Of a DNA stretch of 33,358 nucleotides, positions 1 through 7,924 are shown piece by piece. The translations under genes were made by a program, and so were the position numbers. Source of the stretch: a virus (Duplodnaviria > Heunggongvirae > Uroviricota > Caudoviricetes); the IMG/VR virus record IMGVR_UViG_2740892218_000011; one strand, written 5' to 3'. Each line of letters begins with the position of its first letter. Positions within the stretch are counted from its first letter, which is position 1. Below the pieces are notes generated by a model. It searched no databases and was not told where the DNA came from. It was given only the letters and a program-made list of their open reading frames with translations.

Positions 1-1002
1 TTACCCTCTATTGTCAAAAGGGTTCAATTCAACTGCAGCCTCTAAATGACCTGGAGCAAAATGCGCATAACGCATAGTCATTTTTATATCGCTATGCCCC
101 AGTATTTTTTGCAACACAAGAATATTTCCTCCCCGCATCATAAAATGACTGGCAAACGTGTGACGTAGCACATGAGTTAATTGCCCATCAGGAAGCTCGA
201 TCTTCGCTCTCTTAATTGCAGCGTCAAAAGCCTCATAACATGGTGAAAATAACGCTCCTCGTTTTTTAGGAAGCATAGCCTGCAATTGAGGTGAAATCGG
301 TACAGTGCGGTTCTTCTTTCCTTTAGTTTTAACAAATGTGATTCGACCGGGCAGCACTTGAGATTGCTTTAATCCTTCAGCTTCACTCCACCGAGCACCA
401 GTCGCAAGCCCAATACGGACAACAACCCCCAAATCTTTATTCCGTGACTCATCACACGCAATCAGAAGGCGTTCAATCTCATCTACATACAGAAACGCCA
501 ATTCCTTTTCTTCCTCACGAAACTTGCGAATGCCAGTCAGGGGGTTTTCACCAGACCACTCCCCAAGGCGCTTCAGTTCGGCAAAAACAGCATGTAGATA
601 TGACTGCTCGCGATTAACGGTTGCTTCACTAAGTTTTTTCTTCCCCTTGGGATTCCATTCTCCTGATAACCTCCTTTCCCGATAAGTAGCAAACATATTT
701 TTGTCAAACTGAGAAGCAAATGGATCTCCCAGCCTGGAACAAATAGACTCAAGTTTGACTTTGCGCTCTGCACCAGAGGACAAGGTTTTACCGTACATCT
801 CAAACCAACGAGCAACCAACTCAGAAAGACGAGGACCAGAACCATCTTGAAACTCGTCTCCAACTCTACTATTCATTAAACGGCGCTCATAAGAGAGCGC
901 CTCACTTTTTGTCGCAAACTGTTTACGAATACGTTTTCCCGATGCCCCGTAAGGATAACATTCGCAAAGCCATTTACCTGATGGAATCTTACGAACCGAC
1001 AT
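1..1002 (-). CDS. int: Tyrosine integrase (P2-like site-specific recombinase)
   Basis: 333 aa ORF; C-terminal catalytic region with HxxR and ...LGHSDIKMTMRYAH motif typical of phage tyrosine integrases; sits at the prophage end adjacent to the repressor operon as in P2. Confidence 0.9.
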   Translation of the reverse strand: MSVRKIPSGKWLCECYPYGASGKRIRKQFATKSEALSYERRLMNSRVGDEFQDGSGPRLSELVARWFEMYGKTLSSGAERKVKLESICSRLGDPFASQFDKNMFATYRERRLSGEWNPKGKKKLSEATVNREQSYLHAVFAELKRLGEWSGENPLTGIRKFREEEKELAFLYVDEIERLLIACDESRNKDLGVVVRIGLATGARWSEAEGLKQSQVLPGRITFVKTKGKKNRTVPISPQLQAMLPKKRGALFSPCYEAFDAAIKRAKIELPDGQLTHVLRHTFASHFMMRGGNILVLQKILGHSDIKMTMRYAHFAPGHLEAAVELNPFDNRG

Positions 1003-1007
1003 TTTAG

Positions 1008-1355
1008 TTACTTATCACATAAATCAAATGCAGCCTTAGTGACATCTCCCAGATTCTTTTTTAACCCTGGGGCGGCATCATTATCCAGCCAAAATGGATT
1101 ATTGTTATCTAACGGTAACGCACCAAATGTTTTACCTTTTATTCGAGCCAAACCTGTAAGCGCATATAACTTATTATCGTCAAAATTCATCACATAAGGA
1201 TTACCATCTAGACACTGTAACTGAACCTCATCAGTATTAAATGGCCATACCCCATTGAAACTCTCACGTTCAATATTTTTAAAAGGCATTGCGACGGCAG
1301 AAAAAGAAAACATAGATAAAAAAGTAACTAATAGTTGAACATTTTTTACTTTCAT
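1008..1355 (-). CDS. Small secreted protein (signal peptide, two Cys), possibly YebY/DUF2511-like; prophage cargo
   Basis: 115 aa; N-terminal hydrophobic signal peptide (LLVTFLSMFSFSAVA), Cys48 and Cys113; region looks AT-rich by eye; lies between repressor and int, where P2 has no gene. Confidence 0.6.
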   Translation of the reverse strand: MKVKNVQLLVTFLSMFSFSAVAMPFKNIERESFNGVWPFNTDEVQLQCLDGNPYVMNFDDNKLYALTGLARIKGKTFGALPLDNNNPFWLDNDAAPGLKKNLGDVTKAAFDLCDK

Positions 1356-1384
1356 ACCATTACCTCAATTTAGCTCAAGTAAGA

Positions 1385-2035
1385 TTACAAATTAAAAAAC
1401 ATCCTAGAAATGGCACCACCTACCACCCCCCCTACGCAGATAAAGAATATTATTTCTTTTGGATAAAGTCGGATTAATTCTGAAGCACGAAGTCGGACTT
1501 CTGGTAAGGTCGAATTCTCTGTGTTGCTTGATACCGATTGTTGCTCTAACCACGACAATGCAGACTGCAACTGAGAACGAGTAAGATCGTTTAAACGTCC
1601 TGTACCGAAATTGATATGGCAATACCGCAGAAGTTTTTGTCGAAGTCCACAGTCTTCACTGTTACGTAGTAATAAACTTACAAGAGCCTTACAGGCATCA
1701 TGATCTTTACATCGCTCAAGCATTGCATGCAGAAAACTCTCCGCTGTTTTATATTGATTTACTGTCATATCATCAATACCAGCTACACCAATCTCCGCAT
1801 GTACTTTTTGCCAAATAATAAACGCTTCAGTATTGCTAGCTTCTGCAATAGCAGCAACCAAGCTATTTAGCTCCTTACGCTGAGCCTTAAGCAAAGGGCG
1901 ATCGTCATCATCATTATTCGAAGGGATTGCGATATTGACGGTATGAGAACCATCATATCGCCCTATCTGAATATTCTTTTCGTGAAAATCACGCCCAGCA
2001 ACGCGATTGTTTGAACCGTTTGAGTTGACGGCCAT
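1385..2035 (-). CDS. Tail-anchored membrane protein of unknown function (immunity-operon cargo)
   Basis: 216 aa; strong SD (AGGGAGGTG) 12 nt after the repressor stop; single C-terminal TM helix (IIFFICVGGVVGGAISRMFF); N-terminus shares the motif NNR[VI]AGRD[FY] with the repressor C-terminus. Confidence 0.6.
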   Translation of the reverse strand: MAVNSNGSNNRVAGRDFHEKNIQIGRYDGSHTVNIAIPSNNDDDDRPLLKAQRKELNSLVAAIAEASNTEAFIIWQKVHAEIGVAGIDDMTVNQYKTAESFLHAMLERCKDHDACKALVSLLLRNSEDCGLRQKLLRYCHINFGTGRLNDLTRSQLQSALSWLEQQSVSSNTENSTLPEVRLRASELIRLYPKEIIFFICVGGVVGGAISRMFFNL

Positions 2036-2050
2036 GTCACCTCCCTACTA

Positions 2051-2455
2051 TCACCTACCCTTAGTTTCGTTATAGTCACGCCCAGCGATACGGTTATTAC
2101 CGCCAGAAATATTTAACTCACGTCCTGATGGCTGAGTTTCCTTTTCACTGGCCGCACCTTTTAAAGCCCCGATCACCGCGTTTTTCACATCTAACGAAGC
2201 TGCTCGAAAGCGAGTAATCAACTCCTGCTCATCATCGTTATAAGTTTCAGGTGAGTGAATTCCCAACACAACATACTGAACATCAAGACCAAAACGAGAC
2301 AGCGCTGCCAAATACGCAGCATCAGGAAAGCTATCTCCTTTCTCATATCTAAGCTGAGTTAGCTTTTTGACTCCACCAATGTCGCTCATAGCAACTTGAC
2401 TAAGTCCCAATCTTTCCCTTTCCTCACGCAACCTCTGACCAATATCATTTTTCAT
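2051..2455 (-). CDS. Immunity repressor, HTH_XRE family (C/CI-like)
   Basis: N-terminal HTH (IGQRLREERERLGLSQVAMSDIGGVKKLTQLRYEKG); divergent from the early operon; start placed at the internal Met (MKNDIGQ...) because the longer ORF would overlap the divergent gene start. Confidence 0.75.
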   Translation of the reverse strand: MKNDIGQRLREERERLGLSQVAMSDIGGVKKLTQLRYEKGDSFPDAAYLAALSRFGLDVQYVVLGIHSPETYNDDEQELITRFRAASLDVKNAVIGALKGAASEKETQPSGRELNISGGNNRIAGRDYNETKGR

Positions 2456-2531
2456 ACAAAAAACCTTGACAGGTATCTTTTTTGATACCAAAATGATTTC
2501 ACGAGCTATTAGATGATCACAATATATCACT
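2456..2531. promoter_or_regulatory. Divergent lysogenic/early promoter-operator region
   Basis: 76-bp gap between divergent repressor and early genes; TTGACA hexamer at 2466-2471 immediately followed by perfect palindrome GGTATC-TTTTTT-GATACC (2472-2489). Confidence 0.45.
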
Positions 2532-2738
2532 ATGAAACAAGTTCTTCACGATACCAGATCACGCATTCCGCGTAACACCGCCACAGGTCCAAGACTGGCA
2601 CTTCGGCTGTCCCTCGAGGAGCGAGCCGTCATTGATGAAATGGCAGCTAAAGAACAACGCTCATCCTCTAACATGGCGCGCATGATCTTCCTTCGCGGCC
2701 TAGAGCTAACCCAGAAAGAACAAAACAAATCTTCCTGA
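2532..2738 (+). CDS. Small ribbon-helix-helix-like DNA-binding protein (Cro/Apl-position early regulator)
   Basis: 68 aa; predicted beta-strand then two helices (LALRLSLEERAVIDEMAAKEQ...NMARMIFLRGLE) consistent with a CopG/Arc-type fold; first gene of the rightward early operon. Confidence 0.45.
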   Translation: MKQVLHDTRSRIPRNTATGPRLALRLSLEERAVIDEMAAKEQRSSSNMARMIFLRGLELTQKEQNKSS

Positions 2739-2754
2739 TCAGGAGGCTAATGGG

Positions 2755-2958
2755 ATGTCAGGTATAACCATCAATATCAATGTGAATGCCCCCTATGTAT
2801 CCCTGCAGAAATATGCAGAGATAACAGGTATCCCTCTTAATACATGCAAAAAGATGTTGGCTGACGGTCGAATTATTATCCGACCCAAACGCGCCAAAAT
2901 GGAAAAGCCTGAAGTAAACCTTGTGGCGATGTTAAAAGACGCTTTGGCTAACAGCTAA
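2755..2958 (+). CDS. Cox-like small HTH protein (putative excisionase / Pc repressor)
   Basis: 67 aa; pattern PYVSLQKYAEITGIPLNTCKKMLADGRI resembles the P2 Cox DNA-binding region (recalled from memory); SD GGAGG upstream. Confidence 0.5.
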   Translation: MSGITININVNAPYVSLQKYAEITGIPLNTCKKMLADGRIIIRPKRAKMEKPEVNLVAMLKDALANS

Positions 2959-2979
2959 AACAATGAACAGAGCATCATC

Positions 2980-3330
2980 ATGAAAAAAAACACTAATATT
3001 CCATACTCCAAATTTCGTAATGGCGTAGAACGCCACGCTAACCGTTTCGCTATCAGTACATCACGTAGCAACACTCGCTACAGCCTGAGCGAAACACACG
3101 CTACACCTGATGGCCATCCCGTAAAACAAATTGGTGAACACACCTGGCTGATTGAGAAAGCTGGAATCGTGGTTCACAGATGCCAACGCAACCCATTTAC
3201 CGGAAACCGCATTTTTGCTCTGAGCAACGGCGACAATCAGTTTGGACAGGATTTCACGTTGTACGAAGCTCTGCGCACGGTTGATCGTCTGCTGCGTGGA
3301 CAGAATTTCATTAAACAGGCTGATTTATAA
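2980..3330 (+). CDS. Early-operon hypothetical protein
   Basis: 116 aa ORF, same strand and tight spacing with neighbouring early genes; no recognisable domain. Confidence 0.5.
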   Translation: MKKNTNIPYSKFRNGVERHANRFAISTSRSNTRYSLSETHATPDGHPVKQIGEHTWLIEKAGIVVHRCQRNPFTGNRIFALSNGDNQFGQDFTLYEALRTVDRLLRGQNFIKQADL

Positions 3331-3340
3331 CAGGTGCTTT

Positions 3341-3619
3341 ATGACCAAAGACCATGCTCAGGGTGTATTTATCCGCTTTATTGATTTTCGCGGTGAGCTG
3401 TTGTTGCGCGCATCAGCTATTGATGGAGTGGTTTCGGTAGATAAAAGCACGGCCACTTACATTTATCTGAACGGCACACGCCTGACCGTAGAGATTCCAT
3501 ATCAACCCGTATGCGAAATTATTAGAGAAGCTGAAAAAGCACGTCAGGTTAATGGCGATAAACCCTATCTCGAAATTATCTGCATGGATTCAGAAGCTGA
3601 AATTCAGAAGGCAGATTAA
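3341..3619 (+). CDS. Early-operon hypothetical protein
   Basis: Start set at ATG 3341 (MTKDHAQ...) preceded by CAGGTG; the longer track ORF from 3242 overlaps the upstream gene. Confidence 0.5.
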   Translation: MTKDHAQGVFIRFIDFRGELLLRASAIDGVVSVDKSTATYIYLNGTRLTVEIPYQPVCEIIREAEKARQVNGDKPYLEIICMDSEAEIQKAD

Positions 3620-3630
3620 AGGGCGTTGCG

Positions 3631-3873
3631 ATGGATAAAGAATATAAAACTCTCGTCAATAAAGCACTTGAGCGCTTTCATTTTCGCTTAAACGCATCAG
3701 GCGCTCATGCTGAACGCGCAGCCCGAGAGTCATTGACCAGAGCTATCAAGAGTATATACGACACGGCTTTTTACGTTGACGACCCGGACGCGCTCGACGA
3801 GCTTTCCGTACTCGTCTGCGCCGCAGAAAACGGGGACCATATTGAGCCATATAAACTGGGAAATATTGCATGA
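3631..3873 (+). CDS. Early-operon hypothetical protein
   Basis: 80 aa ORF with an AGGGCG RBS-like sequence upstream; no recognisable domain. Confidence 0.5.
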   Translation: MDKEYKTLVNKALERFHFRLNASGAHAERAARESLTRAIKSIYDTAFYVDDPDALDELSVLVCAAENGDHIEPYKLGNIA

Positions 3874-3983
3874 GTATATTTATCTCATGGCTTGTTCTGA
3901 TTATTTCGGTGGCCTGCGCTATTGGGATTATGCGAATTATTAATTCAGTAAAAAAGATTGAACGCTTTTTCACTGAAGAATAA
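3870..3983 (+). CDS. Small hydrophobic peptide (37 aa), translationally coupled
   Basis: ATGA start/stop overlap with the upstream ORF; encodes MSIFISWLVLIISVACAIGIMRIINSVKKIERFFTEE, one TM helix; below the 60-aa cutoff of the ORF track. Confidence 0.3.
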   Translation: MSIFISWLVLIISVACAIGIMRIINSVKKIERFFTEE

Positions 3984-4069
3984 CTGCGCAAATAAGACTC
4001 CAGGTTAAATAAGAAAATGTGAAAACAATCCGCATTCGCGGAGGTATTCGCACACACCAAGGAGGCGTA

Positions 4070-4273
4070 ATGGCAATTAAGCATTTTCCTGTCGTTCGTT
4101 TCACCTCCAGAGGACGTGAATACGAAGTTGACGAACGCCTGATTACCACAATCGACAAACACCGTTCAGAAAAGGATGCACATCACATCTATCTCACTGA
4201 CGGCACTTACTTCTGCGCCACCAACGTGGTGCAGGTGAATCTTATCAGACAGGTACAGGAGTCACGCAGATGA
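4070..4273 (+). CDS. Early-operon hypothetical protein
   Basis: Start at ATG 4070 (MAIKHFPV...) with a strong AGGAGG SD 5-6 nt upstream. Confidence 0.5.
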   Translation: MAIKHFPVVRFTSRGREYEVDERLITTIDKHRSEKDAHHIYLTDGTYFCATNVVQVNLIRQVQESRR

Positions 4274-4515
4274 CCATTCTGGACTATATCGCCGCCAATC
4301 CGGGGTGTAGCGGTGGAGAAATCGCCGCAGCACTGAATACCCCAACCACAGCCATTAATGCGGAGTTACGCCGTCTCTGGCGCAGCGGTTCAGTCATAAG
4401 AAAAGAACGCAAAACAGGCGGTCGCTTTTCTTATCAGGTAAACCCGATGCCGTTTGGGTGTAGCAACCCGCTAACCCAGATGTTCAACCAGCTACTGAGG
4501 GAAATCAGAGCATGA
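4270..4515 (+). CDS. Small putative winged-helix DNA-binding protein
   Basis: 81 aa; ATGA overlap with the upstream gene; pattern GEIAAALNTPTTAINAELRRLWRSGSVIRK suggests an HTH/winged helix. Confidence 0.5.
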   Translation: MTILDYIAANPGCSGGEIAAALNTPTTAINAELRRLWRSGSVIRKERKTGGRFSYQVNPMPFGCSNPLTQMFNQLLREIRA

Positions 4516-4656
4516 GCACCTCCTGCTGCCGGAAACCACGCCGGTCTTCAGCAGCTCATCCGGCAGCAAAACAAACTCCGTTAATTCCTGTTCCGGGCCT
4601 TTCCTGCACCTTGCGGCGGGAGGCCTTCGCACATCTGCAACAAGAGGATTGCCGCA

Positions 4657-5022
4657 ATGATTCTCGCCGAAGACTTTTTTGATTACCTGCTGAAAACCGA
4701 GCGCGATTTTGGTATTCGCGTTCTTGACCGCTATGCAATGTATCTGAAATCACTGCCGGAACAGCAGCTCCCGGACGGCCAGATTGTTATTGACGGGCGC
4801 TACATGGTTGGTAGCTGCCAGGATGATTACACACTTTCCCGCATCGAAAGCGGCACGCCTTCCGTACTGGGTATTTACCAGCGAACTTCATCTCTGATTG
4901 CTGATGTAATTGCTGACAGCATTCGCATAACACACCGTTATGCCAGCACAGAGAGCACCATGCAGGAAATCCAGCGGCTGGCTACCGTCTGCCACAATGC
5001 ACTGAGCGGCAAGGCGGAGTAG
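4657..5022 (+). CDS. Early-operon hypothetical protein
   Basis: 121 aa ORF immediately upstream of the replication gene. Confidence 0.5.
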   Translation: MILAEDFFDYLLKTERDFGIRVLDRYAMYLKSLPEQQLPDGQIVIDGRYMVGSCQDDYTLSRIESGTPSVLGIYQRTSSLIADVIADSIRITHRYASTESTMQEIQRLATVCHNALSGKAE

Positions 5023-5027
5023 TCGGC

Positions 5028-7823
5028 GTGGCAACGGAGTACATCAGAGACTGGCAACAACCACGCCATGCAGTCGGTCGCGAGGGGACGGGGGAGCCTG
5101 TCCGTCCCTCCCTTCTTTCTTCCTGGCTGGATGCCTACCGGGCAGAGAACGAGCGCCGCCAGGAAATGGCTGATGCGGCGTTCTCTGCCGCACCGCTGGG
5201 CAATCTGATTAATAAAAGCCTGGACGCACAGGAAAAACAGGACAAAGCCATCACACTGGCAAGAGAAGCCAGAAAACAGGCACGCGGCGCGGTGGATGAA
5301 GCAATTGCCGCACTACGTCTGCTGCCGTCCTATCTGCGTGATCCGCTTATCCGCCATCTCTCTTTCCTGCGCAAAAAACAGGAATCCGATCGTCAGAAAG
5401 GCAAAAAGAGCTGGCAGGCTGAACGCTACGCGCGCGGAACCCTGCGCAAAATATTCGAACGTCTGGAGCGCACCGACAGACGCTGGCTGACACCGGGTTA
5501 TCGCTCCCTTGCCGGGCGTGAACGCCTGGATGATTTACTTTACCTGCCGCAGCTCAACAAACACCAGATACAGACACTGGCCGTCATGACAGCGGCGATG
5601 TTCAGCAGCACCTTCGAAAAACTCTGCGATGACTTTGGCGCGACCGATGGCGAGCTGACCATGGATATAACGCTGAAGGCATATCAGATGCTGGCCCGCA
5701 TGGCGTTACATCTGCACACAGTGCCGCCGCATTATGACGCACTGACAACAGACAAAGACCGGAGGAACGAACCGGACACGGAGCTGCTGCCGGGCGCAAT
5801 CCTTCGCCTGACCTGTGCGGACTGGTGGAAACGCAAATTGTGGCTTTTACGTTGCGAATGGAGAGAGGAACAACTCCGCGCTGCCTGTCTGGTTTCCAGA
5901 AAAACATCACCCTATCTGAGTCAGGACGCATTAAGTGAATTTCGCGCACAGCGCGAGAAAACACGCGATTTCCTGAAAAGTTTCATGCTGGAAAATGAAG
6001 ACGGGTTCACGATTGATCTCGAGACAGTGTATTACGCGGGAGTAAGTAACCCGGTCCACCGTAAGGCAGAAATGATGGCCACCATGAAGGGACTGGAACT
6101 TCTGGCCGAAGCCCGTGGCGACAGAGTGGTGTTTCTGACTGTCACCTGCCCGTCAAAATACCACGCTACAACAGAGAATGGTCATCCGAATCCCAAATGG
6201 AACGGCGCCACCATGCGCGATTCCAGTGATTACCTGGTTAACACTTTTTTTAAGGCGGTCCGCAAAAAACTGAATCGCGACGGCCTGCGCTGGTATGGCA
6301 TCCGCACGGTGGAGCCACACCATGACGGCACCGTGCACTGGCACATGATGGTCTTTGCACATCCTGAAGAAATCGACAGCATCGTGGACATCACCCGTGA
6401 TATTGCCATTCGCGAAGACCGCCACGAGCTGGGCAATGACATAACTCCGCGCTTTAAGGCAGAGTACGTCGACGGTTCGAAAGGTACGCCGACCAGCTAC
6501 ATCGCCACCTACATCGGAAAGAACCTGGACAGCCGCGCCGTGGATGGCATTGACCCGAAAACAGGCAAGCCACGCGTTGATCACGAAACCGGAAAATCAA
6601 TGGCCGAGAGCGTGGAACGCGCCATCGGCTGGGCGCGCCTTCACCGCGTCCGCCAGTTCCAGTTCTTTGGTATCCCCTCCCGTCAGGTATGGCGTGAACT
6701 CCGCCGCCTTGCCAGTCAGATGGCCCGCAACCCGGAAGGTCCACAACGTCTGGAAAATGACGCAATGGATGCGGTACTCGCTGCCGCTGATGCCGGGTGT
6801 TTTGCCACCTACATTGAGAAACAGGGTGGCGTACTTGTTCCACGCAAGGATTACCTGATTCGCACCGCCTACGACCTCGCAGAAGAGCTGAACGATTACG
6901 GCGAGCAAAGCGTACAGATTTACGGGATCTGGTCGCCACAAATCGGGGAATCTTCCCGCGTGTGCACGCACCCGGATAACTGGAAGCTGGTAAGACGTAA
7001 ACCGGAAGCGGAAGACAGCGCCCGCGAAAATGGTTTTGACCTTCAGGGCGGCCCTGCCGCCCCTTGGACTCGTGGCAATAACTGTCCCCGTGTACAGGAA
7101 ACGGACAACAACGGGACAGAACAGCCGGAAGAACGGCCAGCACCGTGGCCGCAGCTTCCTGACGGCGTTGATGTGGATGAATGGATGCGCTCACTGAAAC
7201 GGCACGAAAGCCGGGCGCTGATGCGTTCGCTGCGTGACAAACAGGCAAAAAACAACAGTGATGAAATGCAGAACTGGACACAGAGCCGCAAACAGCCGCG
7301 GCCTTTGCCTGATAACCACGAGTTACTCGCTAAAGAATGGCGGGAGTCTGCCGAATCTCTCGGCCTGCATATCGGTGAACAACAGATGCAGCACCTGTTA
7401 CGGGGCGGCAGTCTGTACGTTGACGGCAGCATCATTGCACCGCAGGGATTTGAAATTGTACGTAAACCGGATACCCGACCGGACAGCCGAATCACACAAC
7501 TCTGGCAGCGCCTGAGCCGTAATCACGGCGTAAACAGCACGGAAATCCGCCATAACCCGGTTTCCAGCTATCAGAAACAGCTCGGGGCATCAGACCCAGA
7601 AGCCGCCGCACGCCTGGCATCCACAATTCAGCAGGACCAGAACACCATGAAAACACCCGTTACCGTGCTTTCTGACATGCTGCGCACCATCCGTGACGCA
7701 GAGCACGCACAGAGAATCAGTGAAACCACTGAACGCGCCCGCCGCAAAGCAGACCTGCTGCGGTGGCCTGACCAGCGAAAACAAAAAACAGACAGAAACG
7801 GGATTCACAAATCCCGTAAATGA
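5028..7823 (+). CDS. A: Replication initiation protein A (P2 gpA family rolling-circle endonuclease)
   Basis: 931 aa; gpA-family position and conserved central region (HWHMMVF..., YIATYIGKN); GTG start; long C-terminal extension relative to P2 A. Confidence 0.85.
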   Translation: MATEYIRDWQQPRHAVGREGTGEPVRPSLLSSWLDAYRAENERRQEMADAAFSAAPLGNLINKSLDAQEKQDKAITLAREARKQARGAVDEAIAALRLLPSYLRDPLIRHLSFLRKKQESDRQKGKKSWQAERYARGTLRKIFERLERTDRRWLTPGYRSLAGRERLDDLLYLPQLNKHQIQTLAVMTAAMFSSTFEKLCDDFGATDGELTMDITLKAYQMLARMALHLHTVPPHYDALTTDKDRRNEPDTELLPGAILRLTCADWWKRKLWLLRCEWREEQLRAACLVSRKTSPYLSQDALSEFRAQREKTRDFLKSFMLENEDGFTIDLETVYYAGVSNPVHRKAEMMATMKGLELLAEARGDRVVFLTVTCPSKYHATTENGHPNPKWNGATMRDSSDYLVNTFFKAVRKKLNRDGLRWYGIRTVEPHHDGTVHWHMMVFAHPEEIDSIVDITRDIAIREDRHELGNDITPRFKAEYVDGSKGTPTSYIATYIGKNLDSRAVDGIDPKTGKPRVDHETGKSMAESVERAIGWARLHRVRQFQFFGIPSRQVWRELRRLASQMARNPEGPQRLENDAMDAVLAAADAGCFATYIEKQGGVLVPRKDYLIRTAYDLAEELNDYGEQSVQIYGIWSPQIGESSRVCTHPDNWKLVRRKPEAEDSARENGFDLQGGPAAPWTRGNNCPRVQETDNNGTEQPEERPAPWPQLPDGVDVDEWMRSLKRHESRALMRSLRDKQAKNNSDEMQNWTQSRKQPRPLPDNHELLAKEWRESAESLGLHIGEQQMQHLLRGGSLYVDGSIIAPQGFEIVRKPDTRPDSRITQLWQRLSRNHGVNSTEIRHNPVSSYQKQLGASDPEAAARLASTIQQDQNTMKTPVTVLSDMLRTIRDAEHAQRISETTERARRKADLLRWPDQRKQKTDRNGIHKSRK

Positions 7824-7896
7824 GCGAAAAACACGCCGCGATATATGAAACGCGCACAAAACAGGCAAAAGCGGGATTTCAGAATCCCGTAAACGA
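7799..7896. promoter_or_regulatory. Two palindromic repeats (CGGGATT-N5-AATCCCG-TAAA) upstream of parM; candidate operator/centromere
   Basis: Copy 1 at 7799-7823 (overlaps the A stop codon), copy 2 at 7872-7896, about 73 bp apart, just upstream of the parM RBS. Confidence 0.45.
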
Positions 7897-7924
7897 TTAA
7901 TTAATCAACATAAGGAAAATCGAC

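Noticed and set aside
2456-2530. Longer repressor start at 2530 (159-aa version)
   Set aside because: Would place the repressor start codon 2 nt from the divergent early gene start and bury the TTGACA/palindrome element in coding sequence; internal Met at 2455 gives a normal HTH N-terminus.
6454-7281. 275-aa minus-strand ORF (and other ORFs of 60-150 aa inside gene A)
   Set aside because: Antisense or alternative frames within the well-supported replication gene A; Arg/Cys-rich shadow-frame composition.
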